Shown here: piece after piece, positions 38,614 to 50,585 of the stretch
Layout of the letters: each line of letters starts with the position of its first letter
How positions within the stretch are numbered: position 1 is the stretch's first letter
From: Octopus vulgaris
Taxonomy: Eukaryota
Direction: 5' to 3'
DNA: 64,000 nt
Assembly (NCBI GenBank): GCA_951406725.2
Contig: OX597816.1
Span: 60,698,001 to 60,762,000, forward strand
Notes under the pieces: model-generated
Seen by the model: only the letters and a program-made list of their open reading frames with translations
What the model was told of the DNA's origin: nothing
Database searches by the model: none
Made by a program: the position numbers and the translations under genes

Positions 38614-39203
38614 CTGGTTTAAAAATCGAAAAAACTGTGTATTTATAGCCAGGAATTTTCTGCATTTAGCAAAGCGTTGTCCACTTTAAAGTTGTACCCT
38701 ATGAAAGGACCTCTTCATTGTAGGTGAAGGCGCAGTTACATCCCCTGAAGGCGGCTGCCTAATTAGTTGGACAATAGACGACATATGCAACACTAAGTTT
38801 CAGATACTCACCTCTTCCTCTTTCTGCATCGGGATGCGAGACAGTGAAGATGTAATCTAGTTGACTCTCTCTCACACCACACGCCAGCTAGCAGAAATGG
38901 AAGCAACGCACAGGAAAAGACCATGGTCTCCACGCATCAAACCATTTCCTTTTATCATTCAGCTTGTGTATATAAGTGTGGCCACATTAAAGATATTTAA
39001 AGTTACCACCTTGTTCCATGTATTTCTTTATACCGTGTTCCTGTCAAATGATATTATAGCCTTCTGAAGAGAGTCATGTTTAGATGGTGTTGAATATTAT
39101 GGCTGTAGATCCATCTAAATAGGTTTCTAAATAAACAGAAATACCTAATAGAATCAACATGTATCATCTTACTGTTTCTTTTGTTTCATTGATTATATGT
39201 TAT

Positions 39204-39690
39204 TCATCATCATCATCATCATTTAACGTCCGCTTTCCATGCTAGCATGGGTTGGACGGTTCAACTGGGGTCTGGGGAGCCCGAAGGCTGCACCAGGCCA
39301 GTCAGATCTGGCAGTGTTTCTACAGCTTGATGCCCTTCCTAACGCCAACCACTCCGAGAGTGTAGTGGGTGATTTTATGTGCCACCGACATAGGTGCCAG
39401 ACGAGGCTGGCAGACGGCCACGCTCGGATGGTGTTTTTATGTGCCACCGACACAGGTGCCAGACGAGGCTGGCAGACGGCCACGCTCGGATGGTGTTTTT
39501 ATGTGCCACCGACACAGGTGCCAGATGAGGCTGGCGAACGGCCACGATCGGATGGTGTTTGTTACGTGCCCACAGCACGGAGGCCAGTCGATGCGGTACT
39601 GGCTACGGCCACGTCCGGATGGTTTTCTTGTGTGCCACCGGCACTGGTACCACAAAGATACAAATTCCATTGATGTTCATCTATTTTGAT
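39204..39690 (-). mobile_element. (CAT)n-tailed retroposon copy with ~60-bp internal tandem repeats
   Basis: Unit TGTGCCACCGACACAGGTGCCAGACGAGGCTGGCAGACGGCCACGCTCGGATGGTGTTTTTA is repeated about 4 times at 39375-39640. Confidence 0.8.
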
Positions 39691-39821
39691 TTGTTTTTAA
39701 ATTTGTAATATTAATATATTTGTCTGCATGTGTTTACTTAATGCATATTTCAGCATTATGATTATCTGTCATGTATTTGTGTACACCATTAATATATAAG
39801 TACTTGCGTGTGTGTATGTGT

Positions 39822-39867
<46 letters not shown>

Positions 39868-40355
39868 AGGGGGCGTCTGTCTCCAAAACTTCTAAGTTGA
39901 GTAACGCTTTCATGCTGGGATTTGTAAAGTACTGGTCAGCAAAGACTACAAATCCTATCTATTTTTGCATGCAGAATTCAAAAATAATGTCAAATTATCT
40001 GTACTAAGTTCACATATTCCATTCACCTTCATAATGCCAAGAAACTGTATAAACATCGCAAACAACTTTGATTAATGTTGACGTTATTACTCAGAAACGG
40101 AATCGAAAAAAAAAAAAAGTAATGCAACGTGTGTAAAAAAAGGTGTGGGGAAACGAATATGAAAGCAAAAATGCGCGGAAAGCAACGGGGTGGGGATTTC
40201 AGAAAATTCAAAATATCCGAGTTTTTCTCTCATAACTTTTAGGAAATAGGTTGTTTTTTTTTAAATGAAATTTTATATAAATATCTTTCAAACGACATAC
40301 ATTACGATTATAACGGCATTTGTGGGTAAAATGTTTTCTGAAGGGGTGGGAAGAG

Positions 40356-41049
40356 GACTTCGGAAAATTCACAAGATCTGATTTTCCCCTCGTAACTTTA
40401 AGGAAAATGGATATCTTTTAATGAAATTGTATATAAAATACCTTTCAAACGAAATGCTTTGCGGATGCCTAACGTGTCGTAAGCCCCTTATTTTTGTCCG
40501 GAAAAAGGAGGTGGGAGGACCGGAATTATTTTTCTTTTTTTCGATGAATGAATTACAGTGATCTAATATGCCACAATCTGCAATCAATATATCCAGTGAT
40601 TTTTAAGAGGTATGTAAAAGATATTTTGTTTTAATATAATTTTACTTAATTCACACACACAAACACTAACGTGGTTTTTATAAGGATTTTATAAGGATTC
40701 TTTCCTACTCGTGTTCACACTTCGTTACCACTAATTTCTATAACTTCAGCTTTTCCACTTATTCTTTTCAAACTTGTCTGAATTTTCAATCTAATGTAAT
40801 CCACACCCTAGAAAACGTATTTCTGCAAAATGTAAAGAAAAGTGGCTAATGCAGTTTCGCATCTCACCTTCAGAAACTCGTTTATTGGAATCAATTCCCT
40901 TTTCCGAACAAAACTAAGTGGTTTGCGGTACATTAGGCATCCGTAATGCATGTCGTTTGAAAGGTATTTATATACAATTTCATTAAAAGATAACCGTTTC
41001 CCTTAAAGTTACTAGAGGAAAAATCGGATCTTGTGAATTTTCCGAAGTC
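40356..41049. mobile_element. MITE-like element with ~125-bp inverted arms
   Basis: 40356-40479 is the inverse of 40926-41049 (GACTTCGGAAAATTCACAAGATC.../...GATCTTGTGAATTTTCCGAAGTC). Confidence 0.7.
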
Positions 41050-42143
41050 AACATTAACCACAACTTTTGCTATAAATGAAAAATATGTAAAATATTGAGA
41101 CAATTGGCGAAAAATATCTATAATAAAATTCTAATTGATAACTATAAATTTTTATTAAAACAAGACACGCGGGTGAAGTAAATCTCGTGGTGTGAAGAAT
41201 CAAGATAATGTGCGGTTATCATGGTAACAAGCTGTTAATGTTTCACTGTTTGTTGATTGGCTAAAATTACCCAAATTTCCCAACTTTAATTCCAAATAAC
41301 ATCAGATTCTTTAATTTACGAGATAAAGTAATTAGTTGATCGTAATCGAAATTCAGAGTTGCATCGATACACCAAAATTGAAAGCAATCTGAGCAAAAAT
41401 TAAAGGGTGCTCATTTTGCGAATGAAAAAGACTAACTGGTTTATAACGAGGGAAACTATCGGAGTAATCGTATTCTGAAAGCTAGTTTCGAACAGCAAAG
41501 GAAGCCGGTTGATTTCACATTTGTTGTTATTACCAAAGGGATGTGTATCAGGGTTAGGAATTCCCTAAAATAGTGAACACCAAACTTAACTACATTACCT
41601 TATACAAGTTACTGGGGATGTTACTTAAACTGCGAGAAATAACAGACATATTTACCTATTTCTTTATTACCCACAAAGGGCTAAACATAGAGGGGACAAA
41701 CAAGGACAGACATAGGTATTATATCGATTACATCGACCCCAGTGCGTAACTGGTACTTAATTTATCGACCCCGAAAGGATGAAAGGCAAAGTCGACCTCG
41801 GCGGAATTTGAACTCACAACGTAACGGCAGACGAAGTACCGGAAAGCATTTCGCCCGGTGTGCTAACGCTTCTGCCAGCTCACCGCCCTAACATACTTAC
41901 CTCAGATACGTTCAGTAGTCTTGAAGCGGGGAGCGATACATTGAATTAAATTTTAAAACATCTTCAATCTTTCGTGTTACAGCTCGGCTGGTAGGCTTAA
42001 TCCGTCGCGCAGCTTAACATCACCACTTGGTCTTAGAGTGATGTTACAAGCATTGGTGCCAGACCTCCGTTTGAAAATAACTTCTCTTCCTCCCATCAGT
42101 CATCGAGGTCCTAAAGAAAATATAAGTTTGTAGGGTTAAACGA

Positions 42144-42838
42144 CCATGAGAGTTTCGGACCCCAGTAATGAACTGATTTGCGTACAACCAATTAGAGCAG
42201 AGCTATCTTTATCCTTTCTTCATTTCAAGTCAGTTCCGTGCATTCCTTACTCTTTCCCTCTCTACTGGCAGACAACAACCTTCTTATCACTATCGAAAAA
42301 AAAATTCGCTATCACTACAAGTACTACAGTCTCTCTAACTACCTGTCGGGCAAACGAATAAATATATGTAAATGATATTCCTTCCTTCTTGGTGTTGATC
42401 CTTCGATGTTCACTGGTTACTCCGACGTTGGCACAATAATATATTCGCCCAAACTAAATTGCTGTTTTTAAACCTTTATAACATTTTAAAAATCATTTTT
42501 CTGGAAAAAAAAATGAAATAACTCCAGCAATTCAATTTGGGCAAGTGTATTATTATGCCAACGTCAGAGTTACCATTGAACAACGAAGGATCAACACCAA
42601 GAAGGAAGAAATATTATTTACATATATCTATTTGTTTGTCCGACAGGTAGTTAGAGAGACAGTAGTACTTGTGGTGATAGCAATTTTTTTTTTTCGATAG
42701 TGATAAAAAGGTTGTTGTCTGCCAGTAGAGAGGGAAAGAGTAAGGGATGCACGGTACTGACTAGAAAGGATAAAGATAGCTCTGCTCTGATTGGCTGTAT
42801 GCAAATGAGTTCATTACTGGGGTCCGGAACTCTCGTGG
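42144..42838. repeat. Long foldback palindrome (~315-bp arms, ~62-bp spacer)
   Basis: 42144-42463 is the inverse of 42526-42838. Confidence 0.85.
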
Positions 42839-43657
42839 AAAACATTACGCTGCTGGGTGAAGAGTAATGTTTCGGAAAGACTTGCCCCCCCCCCCTCATT
42901 TTCTCTCAAATTTGTTTATTTTTGTAAATTTTTTTTTTTACCCAAAATCCCCGTTTTCGGATACGGAGGTTCCGGAAAATTGCCAAAAGTCGGCTTTGTG
43001 AAATTTTCTGAAGCTACATCCCCATATAATTTTATTTCCGAATCACCACTGTATTCGAGCATGTTTCTGGTCAACTGCATTGCAGCTGTGACTACCCTGC
43101 CTTTTGTAACCGTGCGAATGTCAACGTGTCCTTTTTCTATTTTAACATTGTACACTGTAATTTCCCCGACACAATTGCTTACTATGCACAACGGACATAC
43201 TTGTATTATACGTCATAGATCTGGTTCGTGATTTTATTTACATTTGGGTTTACGATCGGAATGAGAAGGGTTACCAACAAAACAAATAGGTTTCGAATTT
43301 GTAGTCTTCCAGTATCTATCAAGTCTTATAAACCTGTTTGGTTGTATATGAACCGACGAAATCACTTGTTTACTCACTTCATATAGTATTTATCATACTT
43401 GCTGCTTTGTAAGTTAACTTCCTTTACATTTTAATTACCTATTGGTATTGTTAACCGATTTGGCCAACCATGTCCCCGTCTCACAAAAACAGTATTCACT
43501 ATCTCCATAAACTTACCATCAGAATTTCAATTTTACTTTCGCTGATATTTTCTCTGATCTTTAGCTTTTCATTTGTTAGGATCCCCAGCCGTGTTCTGAA
43601 ATTATTTTATGGATTCGTAATTCCATAACAGGAATCATCATCATCATCATCATTATT

Positions 43658-44648
43658 GGATCTTTTCCTTTTGATCGGCAGGTCGATAAATTCATGTTCT
43701 ATATGACACATTCTACCAGTATCCGAAGTTTGAAAGTGTTTACTTACAAATTATGGATCTTTTCCTTTTTTCGTTACAAATTATGGATCTTTTCCTTTTG
43801 ATCGGCAGGTCGATAAATTCATGTTCTATATGACACATTCTACCAGTATCCGAAGTTTGAAAGTGTTTACTTACAAATTATGGATCTTTTCCTTTTTCGT
43901 TACAAATTATGGATCTTTTCCTTTTGATCGGTAGGTCGATAAATTAATTCTTTTTAGCTAAACAAAAATAAATTTTTAAGTTTGAAAGTGTTTAGTTAAG
44001 CACTCAGGTGTTTAGTTGGTTGGCTGGAGGGTACACTAGTTGGCTAGGAGGGTGGTTTGTTTGCCTTTCCTGTGGGGTGGCTCTGCACCCTCTTTAAGTT
44101 TAACTTAATCGCTTCGGCCATTTGCTCATGGAATTGCCGCCTCGCAATAGTATAAGAGAAACGATAAGTTTAAAAACATACGGCTGCCAGGTGCCGTATA
44201 AGCTGATGGCTTGCGGGCTAGAAACGGGGCCTGCATGTCAGGTTGAGTGTGTTGCCCCCCACCCACGTTCGGCCGCTTCTTTACCTTCCCCTGCAGTGGA
44301 CAACAGGCCATCTTCACCGCATGGTACATTTAGTGGCCCTTAGAATAGTGACGTAACAGATGTCGCATATTGTGCCCGAATTATTCCCGGATTTGACAGG
44401 ACCTATCTAGTGTAATATATCCTACCCACACCCTGGTAGTGAAGGGCTTTTAACTCGCGCCGTACCTAGTATAGGACACCTCCTCCATGACGTCCACTCT
44501 CTTTTTTTAGAAGTGGACCGAGAATAGGTTTATTAGGGACCTCATCCATGACGTCCACTTACTTTGTCTTTTTTTTTTAGACCGGGAAGAGCGAGGGTAT
44601 CCAGCCTCACTCCGGCTGGGAGTGAACTTTCGTTGCCAATTCCCTGCG

Positions 44649-44705
<57 letters not shown>

Positions 44706-45275
44706 TGTGTACAGTGCTCAGGTGCACTACAACTCATCTAAAGTGTATATATAATCAGGTGTAGTTTCGGCGGATTTCGGAAAGCATGAGGGCCTTAAAG
44801 GATGCAGTGTCATGGCAGTCAACAACTGACGCAGGCAGTTTATTCCATGCTTCAGCAACTCTAGTGAAGTAGCTACCGGGGGAGTGTTAGAGATAGGGTA
44901 TTCAGATGGGTTAAATTTTCAACCTAGATTGTGTCCTATTATAAAAGGAAATATAAAAAGAACGCCGGCTGTGGCTTCAAGCGATACCGTTTCCCTTGGA
45001 ATATTATATCTAGCTTTTATTGTTTTATTTTTTTTTTAATATTGTCTGGGACAGTGGGATCGCCCTGGCTTTTGAGGTGAGCCTTACGTTTAGTGCGCGT
45101 TGCTAAGACGAGACATATCGTGGGACCACCCACGTTAAATAAATAAAAATTTAACCAAACAAAAATTAATTTTTAAGGCTGAAAGTGTTTAGTTAAAAAT
45201 TACTTTTTGTTTAGTTAAAAAAATGTAATTTATCGATCTGCCGATCAAAAGGAAAAGATCCATAATTTGTAACGA
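43658..45275. mobile_element. TIR-bounded element with a tandemly amplified left end and a nested LINE tail
   Basis: 50-bp inverted repeats at 43897-43946 and 45226-45275. The left-end unit (~125 bp) is repeated at 43658-43946. A CR1-group 3' end sits at 44651-44862 (-). Confidence 0.6.
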
Positions 45276-45779
45276 TCCTTTATTTGTAACGAGGAAACGA
45301 AGTCATTTCTTTGTTTACCTCAAAGGCATACACATGCCTATCGCATCTATGCCCCTTTAAACACAACATTTAGCATTGACCACTACGAACATCTACGTTG
45401 ACCTGTGGAAAAATAATAAACAAAATTAGTCTGCGACAGGAAGGAGGGGAGAAAGACATTTGCACGAGGGAAGGCTAACCGGGACCACAACTAACGCTTT
45501 CACGTTCGCAAACTTTAGTTTTCCTGTTCCCAACTCTTAGTTTTCTTTTCAGGTTTTTTAATAATAATAATAACAATAATAACAAAAACAACAATAATAA
45601 TAATAATAATAATAATAATAATCAATAATAATATTTCTTTATTAATTACAAAGGGTTTACATTTAGAAAAACATTATGCACAGCACAGGACAAAACAATG
45701 TGTGTGTGTGTGTGTGTGTGCATGAATGCTTGTTGTGAGGGTTTTGCGTTTAAATAATATTAGTCGGAGTAGCTAGATG

Positions 45780-46158
45780 GCTTTCTGTTGCAAAAAGATC
45801 AAGTTCCTATATTCGAGATACTTTTGATTTTGTGACTAAAATCAACAACTTTTTTAAGCACCGAGGCCATGTCGAAAACTGTTTTTTGGTAACCATGGAT
45901 GTTTCTTCCTTATATCCTAATATTGACCACGATGAAGGGGTAGAAGCATGCATGAATGCCTTCGAAAAACAGTCAAACAAAAGTATTCCATCTGATTTTC
46001 TCTGCACGTTATTGAGGTTTATGTTACAAAGTAATACAATGAAGTTTGGATAAAAATTTTACCACCAGACGAGGGGTTGCGTCATGGGTACCCCCACGGC
46101 AGTTAATCTCGTTAATATCTTCATGATGCAAATTCGAGACACAGTTACTGAAGACATT

Positions 46159-46160
<2 letters not shown>
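45780..46160 (+). pseudogene. Penelope-like element reverse transcriptase fragment
   Basis: LVTMDVSSLYPNIDHDEG (RT motif A of PLEs) and ...MGTPTAVNLVNIFM (motif B), with a stop and a frameshift. Ends in (TA)n. Confidence 0.8.
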
Positions 46161-46238
<78 letters not shown>

Positions 46239-46481
46239 TATACATATCTACGACGGGCTTCTTTCAGTTTCTGGCTACCAAATCCACTCACAAGATTTTT
46301 GGTTGGCCCAAGGCTAGTAGAAGACACCTGCCCAAAGTGGAACTGAACCCAGAACCATGTCGCTGGTAAGCAAGCTACTTACCACACAGCCACTCCTGTG
46401 CCTATGTCTATTTACCTCTGTGAAGAGTTACGTCAATTCTTTTAAAATATAATAACAATAATAATATTATTATTATTAATG

Positions 46482-46529
<48 letters not shown>

Positions 46530-47000
46530 TTGTCTTCTTTAAATTTTGCTTCCATTTCTTATTGAGTATCTTTTCAATACCTAGAGCAAAGAAACTCACT
46601 ATATACATTGGTAGGCCACCAAAATTACCACACCAGATTGTTCATTTACAAAGTCATGTGATAGAAAAAGGAGAAGAAAGACAGAGAGAAAAGGGGGAAA
46701 AGGAAAAATGTTAAACAAGAAAAAGTAATTAAAAGGAGGAAAGAAAATTCAGGGTGACACTGCTCTTCTCAATATGTGTGACCAGTTACAGTTAAGACAA
46801 TCATTTGTAATTCCTGCATGGATGATAAGCCAGAGATCATCCTCAGATAACGTTCAGTTCCTTTTTTGATCATTCCAAATGCTCCTATTATCGTTATTAT
46901 TATTTAATGTAAACTCTCGTCTTATTTTGCTGGCTATGATGGAAAGTGTCAGCTGTCCACAGCCAGCAGACTAAGGTGACACTTGTTTACCGGTCATGCT

Positions 47001-48250
47001 TCAAGAACCCTGTGAAGAATTCTTGCAGTTCCAAGCAATGCTGATTTTTGTTGGTGTTCTTACCGTTACATTTGTGCCGACCTTTTTGAGCCATGTTGGT
47101 AGTTGAGCGCTGATACTTCCAAGTGCACCCTTTACTATTGCATAACATCTAATCTCCACATTGATCACAATCTTCATATTTCTCATTTCAAATCGTCATA
47201 GTTGTTCAGTTTTTCTTCTCTCTCTTTGATCCTGTTGTCACTAAACATGCTATGCCAATTATCATGCATGTTCTTTCTTCCTTTTTTTTTTTTTCACCAC
47301 TACAATGTCCAGACTCCGGTGCCTGGTTGAGTGACCTCACTGAATCATTGCATTACACAGGATTTTGCAATTTTCATTCTCGGTGACTCCTTCTGGGGTT
47401 TTCTCATACCACATCTTTGCTCTTTGTAGGCCGTGATTTACACAGAGCTCCCAGTGAATTATTCTTGCCACATTGTCGTGTCGTCTTTTGTATTTGCGTT
47501 GTACCAATTTTGAGCATTGATAATGATGTGCCATACCATTTCACTCCTTTCACTACACATCCTGCTTTTATCACTATCAGTAGCGGCAATTCTGCACTTC
47601 ACATAGTTAGTCCTTAATGCTTGTTCTTGTGCTGTGCATATAAGTGCTTCTGTATCTATCTTCAGGTTACTCCTCCTCATCTATAACCACTAGTCTTCTG
47701 TATCTGTCTTGGCATTTGTATCTCTTGCAAACTGACTGTACATTTTCTCTCCTTCCTGGGGTTATTTTTTTACTTCCTTTTCCTTCTTAAGTTTTTATTT
47801 CTAAACACAATTATCAGTTTTAATGGTGCCAACCTTCTTCACATGTTTCAACAATGGTTCCACAGTATTTTTTTTACATACCACTTTAAGATATTTTCTT
47901 CTGCTTCAATAAAATTCTGGCAACTGATCAAACCTCTCCCTCCCGTTCTTCTGCACAAATACAGCATATTGGCATCACTCTTAAGGTGGAAGGCTCTGTG
48001 CACTGTCAACATTTTTCTTGTCTTCGTATTGTTCTTCAGTTCTTTCTTTTGCCAGTTTGTGACACCAACTCCATACTGAAGTGATGCTATCGCCCATGAA
48101 CTGCTTGGATTTCATTCCATCTGGTCAATTTTGAGTGCAACACCAATCTTAGACTTCAGAAATATTCCATCTTCAGTTGCTCTTTCATTTCCATCTCCAT
48201 TATTTCTTTCAACTCTAGTATGCGAAGATATTTACAGCCTTCCTTTACAA
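47001..48250 (-). pseudogene. R4/Dong-like (RLE-type) non-LTR retrotransposon C-terminal fragment
   Basis: Broken frames give TEALICTAQEQALRTN, YKRRHDNVARIIHWELC and IVKGALGSI, matching the zinc-knuckle/RHD/RLE region of R4-type elements. Confidence 0.7.
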
Positions 48251-48602
48251 TATGTTTAATCAGTTCTCTATTCATCATCATCATCATTTAACATCCGTTT
48301 TCCATGCTAGCATGGGTTGGACAGTTCAACCGGGGTCTGGGAAGCCAGAGGGCTGCACCAGGCTTCAGTGTGATCTGACAGTGTTTCTACAGCTGGATAC
48401 CCTTCCTAACGCCAACCACTCCGTGAGTGTAGTGGGTGCTTTTACGAGGCAACAGCACAGGGGCCAGAAGAGGCTGGCAACGGCCAATTAGGTATTTCTA
48501 TCCCTGTGTGTGTGTATGTGTGAGCATGTGCATGTGTGTGTGTGTGTATGTGCACACACAGGCATGTGTAGCAGTAACACTCTCCTAGAAGTTTGAGCAA
48601 TA

Positions 48603-48689
<87 letters not shown>

Positions 48690-48690
<1 letters not shown>

Positions 48691-48950
48691 ATACTTTATT
48701 ATTAAAGCTGCAAAAACATCACAAAATTATCACAAAAATCTGCTACTCAGAGTTTCACGTTCCCATTCATCAGGCAGTTGTCATCACATTCTTGATCACA
48801 ACTGTCCAATGAATGGGAACGTGAAACTGAGTAGTAGTTTTTTGTGATAATTTTGTGATGTTTTTTCAGCTTTGATAATAAAGTATATTACCTCCAGTAT
48901 TTGAGTACTATTTTTTCCCACCTTGTTTCACATTTATGTTCTTACTCACG
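48690..48950. mobile_element. Penelope-style inverted repeat in (TA)n with two hammerhead motifs
   Basis: Arms at ~48691-48781 and ~48798-48886, then a unique tail, then (TA)n. Confidence 0.7.
48740..48777 (-). ncRNA. Type I hammerhead motif, canonical core
   Basis: CTGC-CTGATGA-ATG(GGAA)CGT-GAA-ACTC(T)GAGT-A-GCAG with a GUA site. The degenerate plus-strand mate is at 48802-48837. Confidence 0.7.
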
Positions 48951-49229
48951 CATATATATATATATATATATACCATAGGCTCTCTCAGTTTCCATGTGTC
49001 AAATCCCCTCACAAGGCTTTCGTCAGTCCAAGGCTACAGTAGAAGACACTGCCCAAGGTGCCACACAGTAGGGCTGAACCAGAGACTATGTGGTTGGGAA
49101 GCAAACTTCTTACATTAAATTTAAAACCTGACAACTACCCTAGCTTCCACCTGTGATACAAAGAATGTTGCAACACCTCAATAGGAAACCACTAACACAG
49201 ATTTTCAGCTCCTGGTCATGTGTCTATAA

Positions 49230-49577
49230 TTGTGACACCAACTCCATACTGAAGTGATGCTATCGCCCATGAACTGCTTGGATTTCATTCCATCTGGTCA
49301 ATTTTGAGTGCAACACCAATCTTAGACTTCAGAAATATTCCATCTTCAGTTGCTCTTTCATTTCCATCTCCATTATTTCTTTCAACTCTAGTATGCGAAG
49401 ATATTTGCAGCCTTCCTTTACAATATGTTTAATCAGTTCTCTATTCATCATCATCATCATTTAACATCCGTTTTCCATGCTAGCATGGGTTGGACGGTTC
49501 AACCGGGGTCTGGGAAGCCAGGGGGCTGCACCAGGCTTCAGTCTGATCTGACAGTGTTTCTACAGCTGGATACCCTT
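49230..49577 (+). repeat. 348-bp direct duplication of 48057-48404
   Basis: Near-identical copy that spans the R4-fragment/SINE junction. Confidence 0.9.
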
Positions 49578-50098
49578 AACTTGGTCCGTTAATTTGATAC
49601 CTCTGCAGCCAGCCCTCTAGGGCATCTCCTTTACCCTTGTAGCAGTTGGTGATGTGACTGTTAGGCCAGTTATTGGGTTCACATATACAACCTGATTGAT
49701 TATGAGAGTGACTAGCATATGAGTTGCTTCACCAGTTATCACTCTACCAGTGAATGTTCCTAATGGCTCAGCTGTCTTCTCCACTTTCTTATCTTTAGTT
49801 TTGTTTTCACAAATACAGCTGTCAACTTCAATGGTTGGTCCTTTTGTTGGGTCTACTTGCAACACACCCTTTTTGTTCCAGGCATTCTCTTCATTTAGTA
49901 AACGTTGAGGTAGCATTTCCATATCTCTTTTTCCAGTGTCAAGACATGTACATTACTATCATTCTACTACATACAATTCACAAGGCTTACTGACATTTTC
50001 TCTCTTTTATACTGTTCAGTCATTTGAAACACATATGATTACAGATATTTTCTATTCAGGTAACACATATTTGAAATTTTATTGCTTTTAGGCTAACT

Positions 50099-50585
50099 AT
50101 GAAGATATTAGGATTAGAGTTTGCTCCAGTCTTCATTCCTCTTGAAAGACGTATACAGACAGCTTTTGTCTTTCTATGGACACTGTGTTTCATATGTTTG
50201 GGCTTTGGAAGTCTTGCCTTCTTCATCTACCTCTTATTCACTGAATACTATTTCATACCTCTGGCTTATTTAATATGGTACATCTATGACTTCAACAAAT
50301 GTGAGCAAGGAGGCCGTCGTCTTCTGTGGCAATTTAACAATCCTGTTTGGAAATACTTTGCTGATTACTTTCCTATAAAGCTCATCAAGACAGCAGAGCT
50401 TGATCCATCCAAAAACTATATAGTTGGTTTCCATCCACATGGAGTCATGTGTGCTGGTGCCTTTGCAAACTTTGCAACAAATGGAACAGGTTTCAGCCAA
50501 ATTTTCTCAAATATGCATCAATATTTGTGTATCCTAAAAGGACAGTTTCACTTTCCATTCTACAGAGATCTTCTGATGACTACTG
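50099..50585 (+). CDS. MOGAT2: DGAT2/MOGAT-family acyltransferase, first coding exon
   Basis: MKILGLEFAPVFIPLERRIQT..., a TM segment, YFP and the catalytic HPHG motif. Acceptor TTTTAG at 50091 implies an upstream UTR exon. Donor G|GTGAGT, phase 1. The paralog assignment is only approximate. Confidence 0.93.

Noticed and set aside
39375-39640. CRISPR-like regularly spaced repeats
   Set aside because: The whole ~60-bp unit repeats with no unique spacers. It is internal to a eukaryotic retroposon and there are no cas genes.
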